Shown in pieces: positions 10,883 to 22,068 of a stretch of DNA of 64,000 nt. The position numbers and the translations under genes are program-made. The stretch's first letter is position 1. Each line of letters starts with the position of its first letter. The stretch lies in IMG/VR virus record IMGVR_UViG_3300005573_000058, positions 32,001-96,000 of that record; one strand, written 5' to 3'. The notes beneath the pieces are model-generated. The model was given only the letters and a program-made list of their open reading frames with translations. It had not been told where the DNA came from and searched no databases. Origin of the DNA: a virus.

Positions 10883-11468
10883 CTTCTCCTAACCTAAGTT
10901 CATCTTTATCTACTGTACTTTTCAATGGACTATAATAATTATTAATCTTTTTCATAAGAAACTCTATAACGAATTCTCTTTTCCTATATTTTGTTTCTAA
11001 ATTCATCATATATCTTAATTGTTCTATATCATTTACATCATTTAATACATCAATATTTCTATAAGTAACCATATCTAAAATCTTTTTCAAATGTTTTTTA
11101 ATATCAGGAGTAATTTTAGATATCCTTTTACTATCAGTTGTTTTTATTTCGTTTTTGTCACAAGATTGTTCATTAACTGTTGAGTTACTTTTATTACTAT
11201 TTTTTATAATACTTTTTATTTCTGGATAAATTCCTTCATATGCTGGAAATAAACAATTACCATCATCATCAAAAGGAATTAATAAGCCATAGTCAATTGC
11301 TTTCTTTATATTAAAATTATTTTTATTTTCATCAATGAAATCATAGATTTTAGAAGGGTTTTCTAACAAATTTATACTTACACCAGAAACAGGATCAATA
11401 AATATAGATCCAAATTCTTTATTTATTACAACTAATGCAACATTTTTATTATTATAGTATATTTTCAT
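10872..11468 (-). CDS. Hypothetical protein downstream of the capsid gene
   Basis: 198-aa ORF in the structural operon. Confidence 0.5.
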   Translation of the reverse strand: MKIYYNNKNVALVVINKEFGSIFIDPVSGVSINLLENPSKIYDFIDENKNNFNIKKAIDYGLLIPFDDDGNCLFPAYEGIYPEIKSIIKNSNKSNSTVNEQSCDKNEIKTTDSKRISKITPDIKKHLKKILDMVTYRNIDVLNDVNDIEQLRYMMNLETKYRKREFVIEFLMKKINNYYSPLKSTVDKDELRLGEDDN

Positions 11469-11478
11469 ATTTTAAAAA

Positions 11479-11504
11479 AGGGTGGGTAGATTAACTACCC
11501 ACCC
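11479..11504 (-). terminator. Intrinsic terminator after the major capsid gene
   Basis: GGGTGGGTAG-ATTAA-CTACCCACCC perfect stem flanked by A tracts (T-tract on the minus strand). Confidence 0.7.
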
Positions 11505-11521
11505 ATAAAAAAACATACAAA

Positions 11522-12850
11522 TTATGCTAATATAACACCAGATATAGGTGCAAGTGTAACACTATTTACATTATCAAACACATAGTTCTTATCAATTATA
11601 ACATTCTTAGCAATAACAATAGCCTTTCCTTGATCTATAATAGCAAATCCGTACCTTTCACCTATCTTAAGAGTTTTTATATCCCTCAAAGGATCTTCAA
11701 AATCTTCAACTTGAATAGGTGATTTCTGCACAAGAACACCAACAGCATCAGAATCACACATAATAATATGTGTTGTAGGCTTACCTTCTGCTACTGTACC
11801 TGCTCTCCCACCATGTTCCTTATAATAAGCAAATGGAGTAACAATAACCTGAAGAGGAACAGGCAAGAAATCAGGTGATGTGTAGAATGTAGCACCATAA
11901 GGATTTAACTTCCATGTAAATGCGGAAGCTCCCATTCTTCCAAAACTATCTGGTCCATTTCCTGGTCCTGTTCCAAATGGCCCATATTTTGGCCCCAACT
12001 TCTGAATATCTTCAGGAAGTTCACCTTCAAATGTTGAAGATGGGGAACCTTGTGGTACAGTTTCACTTGCTATTTTACCATTTTTAAGCATAATTTCTCT
12101 CATAAGAGGATCTGTTGCAAATACCATCCAAGCAAGAGGATGCATAATAAGAGTATTAGGAATATAATTCCTCATTGTAACATATCCAAACATAACAGCA
12201 AGATCATTGAATGTCATTGTACCGTTCTGTACTCCAGCGATATTCCTACCAGTAAGAGAACCATAAATAGCATGTGTAGGATCTGCATTATCAAAAAGAA
12301 CAGTTCCAGTCTCATTCAAAAGCTGCATTGCTTTTTTCTCTTTGTGTCTTGCAAGCGCCCTACCAGCAGCTTTCAACCAAATATTAATAATACCTATCTG
12401 GTCTTCCTCTATTGCTTCCTCTGTAACTGGAAGTGCCATACCATGTTTTGTAATAGTAATAGGCTTAAGAGCTTCACCTGCATCAGCAATTGAAAGATTA
12501 ACAATAGGCCAAGGAGCTCCTTCTGGAATTTCAGAAGCTTCGATTGCACCAATAGCTCCTATTTTAACATAAATTCCTTTTTCCAGTTCCATCTGAGAAA
12601 ACAATGAAGTAACAACTAGACGTGGTTCGGCAGCTTCGATCAATAATGTATGAATTGTTCTAGGTAAAAATCTAGCTAAATCAGGTGATGTCAACATGTC
12701 TTTTAACCTAATTCTATCATTCTGAAAAATAGTCTGACCATAAGGTAAACGACCATTATTTTTAAATGATGCTAAAAATATATCAAATTTTTTCTTTTCA
12801 TCTCCAATTAATTGAGTTGTTATAGGAACAAATTGATTTCTAAGTTCCAT
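11522..12850 (-). CDS. Major capsid protein (HK97 fold)
   Basis: EIPEGAPWP, ITKHGMALPVTEEAIEEDQ, GRALARHKE, PNTLIMHPLAW, ERYGFAI; 442 aa; followed by a terminator. Confidence 0.85.
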   Translation of the reverse strand: MELRNQFVPITTQLIGDEKKKFDIFLASFKNNGRLPYGQTIFQNDRIRLKDMLTSPDLARFLPRTIHTLLIEAAEPRLVVTSLFSQMELEKGIYVKIGAIGAIEASEIPEGAPWPIVNLSIADAGEALKPITITKHGMALPVTEEAIEEDQIGIINIWLKAAGRALARHKEKKAMQLLNETGTVLFDNADPTHAIYGSLTGRNIAGVQNGTMTFNDLAVMFGYVTMRNYIPNTLIMHPLAWMVFATDPLMREIMLKNGKIASETVPQGSPSSTFEGELPEDIQKLGPKYGPFGTGPGNGPDSFGRMGASAFTWKLNPYGATFYTSPDFLPVPLQVIVTPFAYYKEHGGRAGTVAEGKPTTHIIMCDSDAVGVLVQKSPIQVEDFEDPLRDIKTLKIGERYGFAIIDQGKAIVIAKNVIIDKNYVFDNVNSVTLAPISGVILA

Positions 12851-12861
12851 ATTTCTCCTCC

Positions 12862-13911
12862 TTACAGATCTATGTATATTTTTGCTATTCCGAAGATACC
12901 ACTTCTAATAGCATTATACACGTCTTGTCTTGATGGTTCTGTTCCATTACTTATATACATAGCAACAGATGCAAATCCATACAAAAATGATGGTATACCC
13001 ATTGTGTCTGTTCCTGTCACATATGATTCTGGATAAGAGTCAGCATGTTGTGCCATACTCTTAGGAAATCTTGTGTCTAATTCACAAATCCTACCAACCT
13101 TCCAATCAGAATAATTCGTACCAGGATCAAATATCTTAAATTTACCATACATGTCTGACATAACTTGTTTACCACAAAGAAGATCGGTTTTAGCACCATA
13201 TAAGAAAGAAAATAAAGGAGCAAGTTCAAAATATACACCACTTGTACCATTTATGAAAGGAGTTGTAAAATTAGAATCAAAATCTGTTACATTAACAAAT
13301 GGAATTCCAATATATCCATTAACAACAACTCTTGTGATGTTATTATATGTTGGTGTATAATTAAGATATTTACCCCTCAAATCTGCATATACATCACTTA
13401 TAACAACACCAACCGGTCTTATATTACTAACTGTAAAAGAATCACCTGCTTTCGCTGCAGTTTTATCTGCCTTATAAATACCGAATTCCTCATCTAAATA
13501 TGTGTAAGTATATGTAACATCACTTCCAGTATCATCAGTAGCAGGAAATAGCAATCCACAAACACTATCAGGATATCCCCAAAACGAATCATCCAAGGAT
13601 AAACTTACAATATCACCTGTCACAGCGTCTGTATAAACAGGGATTGTACCATTATCTGCTGGTACAGGTATTCCTCCTGTAGAAAAAGGTCCCAATACAC
13701 CAACAATTGTTCCTTTTGTTATCACAATAGGATCATCTGTTGAAATATCTTTAAATACAACAGGAAGAAACTTTGCAGGATATGATGCCATTGTTATTGA
13801 TGCACCTTCCGTATAAAGAATCATATTTCTAAAAGAAGATTCAGCATATTTATCAGGAAGTGGCTTAAATGGCATATTTCTAGTTCTTCCAAAAAGTTCT
13901 ATATAGTCCAT
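12862..13911 (-). CDS. Head decoration/minor capsid protein
   Basis: Between protease and capsid genes; PIVITKGTIVG...RPVGVV pattern. Confidence 0.55.
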   Translation of the reverse strand: MDYIELFGRTRNMPFKPLPDKYAESSFRNMILYTEGASITMASYPAKFLPVVFKDISTDDPIVITKGTIVGVLGPFSTGGIPVPADNGTIPVYTDAVTGDIVSLSLDDSFWGYPDSVCGLLFPATDDTGSDVTYTYTYLDEEFGIYKADKTAAKAGDSFTVSNIRPVGVVISDVYADLRGKYLNYTPTYNNITRVVVNGYIGIPFVNVTDFDSNFTTPFINGTSGVYFELAPLFSFLYGAKTDLLCGKQVMSDMYGKFKIFDPGTNYSDWKVGRICELDTRFPKSMAQHADSYPESYVTGTDTMGIPSFLYGFASVAMYISNGTEPSRQDVYNAIRSGIFGIAKIYIDL

Positions 13912-13920
13912 ATTACCTCC

Positions 13921-15648
13921 TTATTTACGTTTAAAAAAGTCAAAAACATCTATTTTACCAGAGTCCTTAAAAATAAGGCTCTTTTGTTCATCAAAAAGTT
14001 TTTCCTTCTCAGCTAAAGCTTGAGTAATATCAGCAAGAGACACAAACTTCGTCTTATATTCATCTAAATACTTATCCAAATTACCAGAATTAAACTGTTG
14101 TTTATTTAATATTATATCAAGATACAAATAAGTTTTGAGCATTGTGTTATACAACTTATCATTTAATCTTTTATTTTCACTAACAAGAGCATCAAGTTGA
14201 TCTACTACAACATTAGTAGCTGTTTTTGATTCCTCAAAATCTTGTATCGTTTTTTGCAGATGATCTACTTTTGTTGATAACTTTTCAAATTTAGTAATCA
14301 AAGATTTGACTTCGTTTATCTGTTCCATCATTGATTTTACATGATCTTCTATTTTTTTATTTAAATCAGATACAACAGTTGAAACTCTAGTATCAACAAA
14401 CTTAATAATATCATCTGATATCGCATTTGTGGTAGAAGCAGATGTTATTGAACTATCAACTTTAATATTGTCAGTATTTTCAACCTCATCTTTCTTACTT
14501 TCACCACAACCAAGAGCTTTCTCTCTCCTCAATATGCATGCCAATATTCTTTTCTTTACATCTGCACTAAAATTAGATCTTGCAAGATATGTTTTAGCGA
14601 CTCTAACATGTAAACAATCAGGAACAGGAAAAGATCCCTTTTCATTATGACCTGGCCTAGGAGGACCACAGAAAACATTTTTTCTCAGTTTTTTCCTTTC
14701 CTTTGTTGTCAATTTTTTATCCTCAAGATTTTCATCATCACACTCAACACCTTCATCCTTATAATCAGGATTTTTAGCAAGAAAATCACTAATTTCCTTC
14801 TCAATTTCATTCTGAGCTTTATCAATTTCATCTAAGTCTTCTTTAGTTAGCTCAATATCAGAAAAATCCTCACATTCAATAATTACATCTTCCTGTTCCT
14901 TTGTATTTTTCTTATCTGGTTTATTACCCATTGTACCTCCCTTTTCATTATCTGTTGAATACATATCAAATAACATTATACTTTCGTTAAACTTAGAATT
15001 ATCTGATAACGATGTTCTAATATAATCGTTATATTGTTCTTCTGTAAGATATTTTTCCACCATAGCATGAGAATCTGCTGGAGTATTTACAAAAGCAATA
15101 TGTTCATATTCTAATTCTAATACATCCAAAAAACATAATTTCCCATCATAATATTTACCTAAAGTATGTTCATGGCTCATTATTTCACTCATTAAACTAA
15201 ATTTTTGTCCACATATAGAACACATAACATCAAGACCATGAACACCAACACTAACTGTTAGTAATCTTCCATCCATTACTTTTTCAATAGCATCTGGATC
15301 TAATATAGAAGCAACAACCCTTACATATCCATCTGGTATATTATAACTATTATTATCCAAAAGTCCATTCGCCAAGGGAACAAAAGTTGCATCTTTAACT
15401 CTACCTATAACATTTTCGACATTATCTTCGTGAGAAACTAAAACGGGTTTTGGATAAGGATTTAAAAATGAACTTATACCTGCAATTGCTGCTTCTTTCC
15501 TATATCTATAAAAATTTCTATTAACAAAACCTGTATGAGTTGCACTTATCACAGCATATATAGGTTTCTTTTTATCAAAAGATTTAAAAGTTTCATCAAA
15601 AGTATCAACAAGCTTTATAGAATAAAGATCTTTTAAAAGTATATTCAT
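13921..15648 (-). CDS. Prohead protease fused to scaffold
   Basis: ATH..NRN..RY, PVLVSH, IGRV, DGRLLTVSVG, CSICG, EHIAFVNTPAD; acidic and coiled-coil C-terminus. Confidence 0.8.
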   Translation of the reverse strand: MNILLKDLYSIKLVDTFDETFKSFDKKKPIYAVISATHTGFVNRNFYRYRKEAAIAGISSFLNPYPKPVLVSHEDNVENVIGRVKDATFVPLANGLLDNNSYNIPDGYVRVVASILDPDAIEKVMDGRLLTVSVGVHGLDVMCSICGQKFSLMSEIMSHEHTLGKYYDGKLCFLDVLELEYEHIAFVNTPADSHAMVEKYLTEEQYNDYIRTSLSDNSKFNESIMLFDMYSTDNEKGGTMGNKPDKKNTKEQEDVIIECEDFSDIELTKEDLDEIDKAQNEIEKEISDFLAKNPDYKDEGVECDDENLEDKKLTTKERKKLRKNVFCGPPRPGHNEKGSFPVPDCLHVRVAKTYLARSNFSADVKKRILACILRREKALGCGESKKDEVENTDNIKVDSSITSASTTNAISDDIIKFVDTRVSTVVSDLNKKIEDHVKSMMEQINEVKSLITKFEKLSTKVDHLQKTIQDFEESKTATNVVVDQLDALVSENKRLNDKLYNTMLKTYLYLDIILNKQQFNSGNLDKYLDEYKTKFVSLADITQALAEKEKLFDEQKSLIFKDSGKIDVFDFFKRK

Positions 15649-15705
15649 TCTTCTTACCTCCTACTAGATATAGCATATAACAGATTAAAAACCAAATAAT
15701 AACAA

Positions 15706-17817
15706 CTAATCATCAGAAATAACAATATCTCGTACGGCATTTGGATGCCATTTCCAAGGAATAAGATAAAAATGTTTATCTTCCATATCTATATTATCAG
15801 ATTCATTCTCAGTATTTTCTAATAAAAATTTAATTTTACATTTCTCATATCCCAATCTTTTAAGTACTAATAACTTAGCAGCACAATATACTCTCACCAT
15901 TGTTGTTCTAGCAAATACTTCTAAATTAAATTTTAACCTATTTTCTTTGTCAACAAAAGTAGGATATGTTTTATCATCATGCATTACTTGCTTAGCATGA
16001 AATATAGAATTTTGAATATCATTAAATATATTATTTCTCAGATATTTCATTATATCTTCTATCTTTATAAAATATGGATCATTTTTCTGAACATCTTCAA
16101 TATTATTACCATACATATCAAAAGTATCTTTTATAGCTTTATCTATACATTTATATGCATAACTAAAAACAACACTATTCATGTATTCTGACATCCTTTC
16201 ATAAACAGCACCAATACCATGTTCAAAATTTACAAACTCTTTATCTATAAATAAATGTAGTAAAGTCGACAACTTATTAACATATATATCATTAAGATAA
16301 TTCTTAACATTAGGTTTTATACTATCCATAAATATTAAATCTTCTAAACTAGAAACCTCGTCTGCTTTTAAACCTGCTGATTCCTTAGTACCATACTGAT
16401 TAGTAGGCATATTTAAAGTAGACAAATATCCTTCAACAGTTTCATCCCTAGATGTAGCAATTGCTGTTGGCAACTTAAACAAATAAAAATATGTTCTATT
16501 TAACGAATCAGATGACATTGTAGGAAGATTTAAATAATTACTCCTATATTCATCTAATGTTATAGCACTATTTTGATACAACACAAGACCATGATTTTCG
16601 TTCATATGCTTCCATTCTATATCTATTTCAGGAATATATATTCTAACATCAACATCTTTACTTTTTGATCCAAATAAATATGTTATTATTTCCTTCATAA
16701 CAAACTCATTCATGTATAAAGTATAAAAATTACTATATGTTTTTGCTAATCTCACTATGTTCTTACTAACTATCTGACTCGTTGCTCTATTAGACGTACC
16801 TGTTTCACCAAAATCTAATGCTGATAAACCAAGCCCCATTTGAACACGTTGTTTAAAATATTCTAAATAATCATAAACATCATTAAGATTAGAAGCTCCT
16901 TTATCTGGAACTTCTATAGACCATCTATCTGTTGTAATAAGAGCACCAGTACTTAATTTTTCCTCTATCTTCAGCTCCATTTCAGATATTTGTGCTCTTG
17001 TTTCATCTTCTGATGCTGCTTCTGAATTATATTTTAAATGAAATAATGGCACGATGTGCTGAAATATATATGCATAAATATCTTCTTCTAATCTTCTCAA
17101 TACTACCAAATCATCTAAAACAGGTAACATATATGGCACTGACCATAAAAATTTAGAATTTGGATAATACTTTAAATGCACAATATCTTCAACAGGAATA
17201 TAAACAGTATCCTTATTTGTTATATCTATATATTTAATAACATTACCATTTCCATCTGTTACAATACCAAGAGAAAAAGGAGATATACATTCGATACCAA
17301 TTATTTCTTTAACTTTCTTACCATTAATATATACAGACGAATCATCTTTTCCTCTAATTTTATGTACAAAAGCATTAGAATAAAGTATCAAATCTGTTAA
17401 AACTTTATAAGATAAATTTTCGAATGGATCTTGTGTTAATTCAAATAGAGACTTGAAATAATCTGTTGTTTTTGCTAAATATTTACTCGATGATGAAACC
17501 AAACCTATACCATTTAAAAATATATAAGACAATATAGAATCAACTGCTCTTCTTACTATAGAATCATGAAAATAAGTACTTTCAATATCAGCAAAAAAAC
17601 TAGGAGGATAATGAATATAATATTCTCTTCCCTGTTCATCTACAAATCTTTTATTTTTAAAATAAGAAACAACATTGCTTCTTGAATTTTTTAAATTTCT
17701 TATTATAGTACCACCACTTATTTGTTTATATATCACTTGACGTAATGATTTATCAACTTTCTCATTACCCTTATCACTAACATATATATCCTTTAAAACT
17801 ACTTGCAGATTATTCAT
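15706..17817 (-). CDS. Portal protein with C-terminal extension
   Basis: IVRRAVD, DLILYSNAFV, DIVHLK, RVQMGLGLS..DFGE....NRATS, ITLDEYR. Confidence 0.8.
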   Translation of the reverse strand: MNNLQVVLKDIYVSDKGNEKVDKSLRQVIYKQISGGTIIRNLKNSRSNVVSYFKNKRFVDEQGREYYIHYPPSFFADIESTYFHDSIVRRAVDSILSYIFLNGIGLVSSSSKYLAKTTDYFKSLFELTQDPFENLSYKVLTDLILYSNAFVHKIRGKDDSSVYINGKKVKEIIGIECISPFSLGIVTDGNGNVIKYIDITNKDTVYIPVEDIVHLKYYPNSKFLWSVPYMLPVLDDLVVLRRLEEDIYAYIFQHIVPLFHLKYNSEAASEDETRAQISEMELKIEEKLSTGALITTDRWSIEVPDKGASNLNDVYDYLEYFKQRVQMGLGLSALDFGETGTSNRATSQIVSKNIVRLAKTYSNFYTLYMNEFVMKEIITYLFGSKSKDVDVRIYIPEIDIEWKHMNENHGLVLYQNSAITLDEYRSNYLNLPTMSSDSLNRTYFYLFKLPTAIATSRDETVEGYLSTLNMPTNQYGTKESAGLKADEVSSLEDLIFMDSIKPNVKNYLNDIYVNKLSTLLHLFIDKEFVNFEHGIGAVYERMSEYMNSVVFSYAYKCIDKAIKDTFDMYGNNIEDVQKNDPYFIKIEDIMKYLRNNIFNDIQNSIFHAKQVMHDDKTYPTFVDKENRLKFNLEVFARTTMVRVYCAAKLLVLKRLGYEKCKIKFLLENTENESDNIDMEDKHFYLIPWKWHPNAVRDIVISDD

Positions 17818-17839
17818 TTATTTAAAATAAATATAGCAT

Positions 17840-19963
17840 TTATTTAATATTTTTCCAAATCTCATTAAAATCCTCACTATAATCCTCAATACCACATTCA
17901 TCAACTGATTTAAATAACAATGTTAGTGGATCATTGTCTTGTAAAAATGCACCAGATGTTGGATCTCTCTTAAACAAAGAAATTATTTCCGCATCCGAAA
18001 GACCTGCATCTTTTAAAATAGACACTAATGGATAACCTTCAGATGATTTTAATTTATCCATTATGTAATTAGATAACTTATCATTTATAGTACCATCAGG
18101 TGATATTATCTGTTGTTGTTCTACTGCTAATTCACCTATACTAGCACTGCCAACAGACATATTTCCAATATTATTAAAAATATTATTAACATCTCTATTT
18201 AAACATTTAAAATAATACATAATATTACCTGTTAAATTATTTGCCTTTTTTAAGACCTCTTCCATTTCACCTAAGAAATTTATAATTGTTTGCATAGCAA
18301 TACTTTTCTTTATAGTATTAATACCATTCTTTATATTACTATCAATATTTTTCTTTATATAATTCAAACAATCTGTTAGTATCCTCTTCATATTATTTAC
18401 AACTTCATCATATAGATTAATAAGAATATCAATAAAAGATGCAAATGCAAAACATTCTAAAAGTACTTTTTTTAATTTACTATCTTCTCTACTTTTTTGT
18501 TTTAAATTTTTAAGATATTTTATTAATGCATTATTTTTAGTCATATAATCAACAACATATAACAAAACAGATACTAAACCACCTAATATAGCTAATATAA
18601 AACATTTTACAATATCTGATACAGATGTTATAACAAAATCCAATTCAGTTCTATTAAAATTTAGAGCAAATTGCAACATTGCTCTAATTGTTCTTAAATA
18701 ACCTATAAACTTATTTACTTCTTTCTTTTCTTTTGGAGATAATGATATTAAATTTCTAATTAAACAACAAGCTAATCTTCTATCAGAAATTAAGAAATTA
18801 ACTGTTGTAACAAAATCATCTATTGCTCTTCCAATTGACCTTACAATTTCATCTAATCCATCTAATATATCTGGGGCAATATCAAAACTTTTTAGCTTAC
18901 TTGATTCTAAAATATCCTTAGATATTAATAAATTCTTTCCTAAATACTTACCAATATCGAAAAGAGACAAACCAAGATTGTTTGTATCATCTGCTCTTGC
19001 TTTTAAATCATTTTTGTAATCCTCAATAATATTTTTTGCTCTATCTCTACATTTTGATGGGGCTACATCCCCCATATATTTTGATATTTCTTTTTGTAAA
19101 TCGCCAAACATCTGAATAGTTACAACTTCATCTTTATCAGATGTTATTGGAACAGGTTTTTTCTGATCATCATCCCATTCATATTCCCTAGAATCCCAAC
19201 ATTTCTTTTCAACAATTCCTCCAAATAAACCCATTACAGGCATTTTACTATACCATTTATTTCTAAATTTATACCTACATTCAATAAACAATTCTTTATA
19301 TTTATCAATATTTAAATCTAATCCTATATCATAAGGCAATTTAGATTTAATAAGTTCAAAAAGTTTTATAAGAGGAGTTAAAACTCTCACTACTATACCT
19401 TTTATAATACCAACAGCCAGAGATAAGCCAAATTTCAAAACATAATATAAAATCCATTCTGCTACATATAAAAACACAAGTTTAAAAACTTGCAATATAC
19501 TCAATGATTTAAAATCTTTCAAAACATCATCCAAATTCTTTTTAGTAATACCTTCATCAATTAAATTACACTCATCATCGTATTTTGTAACTTTGACATC
19601 TACTACAACTTTACCATTTTCAACTGTATGAAAACCAATATTAGAAAAATCTATAGGTATAACAACATTTGGATTTAACAAAGTATCTAAAGCTTTTTCA
19701 TAATCATTAATATCTATTTCTTCTTTTACACTACTTTTAACCTTTATATCAGCTAAATATTTTCGTAACTTATCTAAACCATCAGATAGCATCAATTCAT
19801 ACTTTTTTAAATCATCTAACAAACTATCTGCTTTAGATCTTCTTTCTTCTTGTTCTTGTTCTTTTTGTTCTTCTCTTTTTTCAGACAGTAATTTATCTTC
19901 CGTTGTTACAACTCTTCTAGGTTCCCATTCTATTCTAGGCTTTTTTGATAACCCTTTCCCCAT
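17840..19963 (-). CDS. Hypothetical protein between terminase and portal
   Basis: 707-aa helical ORF with two hydrophobic stretches; overlaps the terminase stop. Confidence 0.5.
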   Translation of the reverse strand: MGKGLSKKPRIEWEPRRVVTTEDKLLSEKREEQKEQEQEERRSKADSLLDDLKKYELMLSDGLDKLRKYLADIKVKSSVKEEIDINDYEKALDTLLNPNVVIPIDFSNIGFHTVENGKVVVDVKVTKYDDECNLIDEGITKKNLDDVLKDFKSLSILQVFKLVFLYVAEWILYYVLKFGLSLAVGIIKGIVVRVLTPLIKLFELIKSKLPYDIGLDLNIDKYKELFIECRYKFRNKWYSKMPVMGLFGGIVEKKCWDSREYEWDDDQKKPVPITSDKDEVVTIQMFGDLQKEISKYMGDVAPSKCRDRAKNIIEDYKNDLKARADDTNNLGLSLFDIGKYLGKNLLISKDILESSKLKSFDIAPDILDGLDEIVRSIGRAIDDFVTTVNFLISDRRLACCLIRNLISLSPKEKKEVNKFIGYLRTIRAMLQFALNFNRTELDFVITSVSDIVKCFILAILGGLVSVLLYVVDYMTKNNALIKYLKNLKQKSREDSKLKKVLLECFAFASFIDILINLYDEVVNNMKRILTDCLNYIKKNIDSNIKNGINTIKKSIAMQTIINFLGEMEEVLKKANNLTGNIMYYFKCLNRDVNNIFNNIGNMSVGSASIGELAVEQQQIISPDGTINDKLSNYIMDKLKSSEGYPLVSILKDAGLSDAEIISLFKRDPTSGAFLQDNDPLTLLFKSVDECGIEDYSEDFNEIWKNIK

Positions 19964-22068
19964 TAAAAAATTCTCCTACTTATATGTCCCTTTCTTTTAT
20001 AAAAAGAAGATGATCTTACATTCGAAATATCTCTTTTTGTAAATTTTACTAATTTTATATTATTATCGTTTGCAATAGGTAAATCATCTTTATTTGCCTC
20101 ATTAACACTTTGTGCATTCGTTACTATCTTTTGACTGTATGGTATCCCCAAATTATTAACTGCCTGTTGTATCTTTTGAGATGCTATATCAGATGTTGAA
20201 TCAATTTCTAATGTTTTCTTAGTAGTTTCAACTTCTTGTCCTTTTTTTAATATATTAACAACTCTAATATCATTAAAAACATTTATACCTCTATCTTTAA
20301 CTTTTAAAGAATACACAGAATGATTCATAATATAAGCAAAAAAAGATAACATTAAAGCATAAATAGAATGACAATTTTCATCTTCATATATTGGTATATT
20401 TAATGGACCTGTTTTTTTAACTCTTAAATTACGCATTTCATATGCTAATAGACCTATATTATCTTCAGATGATGACATTCTAAATTTTCTCATCGATAAT
20501 AACCTACTAAACATCTCTACCATTAGCGGTTTTATCACCTTTTTCACAGCTTTTCTTGCTGCATAATCCCATATTTCAACCAATCTACCAAACTCAATAG
20601 CAACTACTTTTTTCTCAAAATCAACAATATTACGCTTTTTAGCAAGATTTTTCAAGTCTTCTATAGCAGTATGACCATAACCATAATCAACATAGATATA
20701 TTCACAAGGAAACTTTTCATTTAATCTTAATATCTCTTCTATTGTTTTATCCTGAACAAAACTGTTGCCTTGTATTATTTTATGATAAACAACCCTAAAA
20801 ATATTCTTATTTTTCATGTATTCCAACACAACTATCCTATCACCAACCTTTGGAGTATTCCAGTCAACTCCCATAAAATATAAATTATCTTTATCATATA
20901 CCATATCCTCATATTTATATCTATACAATGATGCATTAATATCATCATGACTAAAAACACCTTCAACCTCATCACCAAATTCAGCCTCATATTCTCTTTC
21001 ATATACCCACGGTGTTGCTGCATACAACCTTTTGTAAAATCTTTCTCTTTCTATAGTCCAATTAGGGTTGGCTTCATAAACAGTTAAATGTTTTGTCCAA
21101 AATCCTAATTCAGGTTTAGTTTGTGTGTCATAAAAGAACGACCTTTTACCTGATGGAGTAGATGAAACAATTAATTTCATATCTTTAGAACCAGATATAA
21201 TAGCTAAAATAGTACCAAGAGTCTCAGATGATATAAAATCGGCCTCATCTATAATCATTAATTCAGCATCTGAACCCCTAAGAGTCGCACCTTTCGTACT
21301 TCTTTCAGCTGTTGTAAAACCCTTTATATAACTACCATTTCTAAATGAAATCTCAAATGGATTTCTTTTTCTAAAGACCATCATACTAGATTTAATCAAA
21401 GGAGAATTAGAAACTAACCTAAATATAATATCCCATAATACTCTAACTTGAGATTCATACGGAGCCAATAAAACTACTTTCTTATTATTTTGAGTAGCAC
21501 AATACCATAAAGCAAAAACAGCAATAGCAACACTTTTACCACATCTTCTTGCTATTCGTAATGAAACTTTATCATGAACTTTCATTGCATAAATAACTTC
21601 TTTCTGCCATGCTCTTAATTTCAATGGCTCTTTAACGCTATCAGGATCAGTCAAAATAGTCTCAGCCCATTTAACTGGATCATTTAAAATATTGACATAT
21701 GCTTTTAAATAATCTTTGTCTATATTATCTATACTCCCACTTGCATATTTAACATCCCGTATATTACCACCCTTTTGTATAACATTCAATAAATTATTAT
21801 CTTCTTTTAAAAAATCTAATAAAAGATCTGATTCAATTCGTCCATAAGTATTTCTTTCTTTTTGTGTAACATCATTACTAAGTATTCTTCTAATTCTTGT
21901 AGCAAACCAAGAAATAAGATTATCAGGATAAGGACCGTTTTTTAATAACTTTTTAAGATCTTCAATAGGAAGAAATGCATTCTCAAAGATAATCTTTCTA
22001 TCTTCCTCTGATATAGAATTAAGACCTGTTGTATCATACAATGTATCATATTTTCTATTTACTCTCAT
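19963..22068 (-). CDS. terL: Terminase large subunit
   Basis: LRAWQKE, ARRCGKS (Walker A), LMIIDEAD (Walker B), SSTPSG, REYEAEF, GVDWN nuclease motif, YVDYGYG. Confidence 0.92.
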   Translation of the reverse strand: MRVNRKYDTLYDTTGLNSISEEDRKIIFENAFLPIEDLKKLLKNGPYPDNLISWFATRIRRILSNDVTQKERNTYGRIESDLLLDFLKEDNNLLNVIQKGGNIRDVKYASGSIDNIDKDYLKAYVNILNDPVKWAETILTDPDSVKEPLKLRAWQKEVIYAMKVHDKVSLRIARRCGKSVAIAVFALWYCATQNNKKVVLLAPYESQVRVLWDIIFRLVSNSPLIKSSMMVFRKRNPFEISFRNGSYIKGFTTAERSTKGATLRGSDAELMIIDEADFISSETLGTILAIISGSKDMKLIVSSTPSGKRSFFYDTQTKPELGFWTKHLTVYEANPNWTIERERFYKRLYAATPWVYEREYEAEFGDEVEGVFSHDDINASLYRYKYEDMVYDKDNLYFMGVDWNTPKVGDRIVVLEYMKNKNIFRVVYHKIIQGNSFVQDKTIEEILRLNEKFPCEYIYVDYGYGHTAIEDLKNLAKKRNIVDFEKKVVAIEFGRLVEIWDYAARKAVKKVIKPLMVEMFSRLLSMRKFRMSSSEDNIGLLAYEMRNLRVKKTGPLNIPIYEDENCHSIYALMLSFFAYIMNHSVYSLKVKDRGINVFNDIRVVNILKKGQEVETTKKTLEIDSTSDIASQKIQQAVNNLGIPYSQKIVTNAQSVNEANKDDLPIANDNNIKLVKFTKRDISNVRSSSFYKRKGHISRRIF

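Noticed and set aside
19963-22068. Intein or intron in terminase or portal
   Set aside because: Motifs are contiguous; no intein splice-junction or LAGLIDADG signatures seen.
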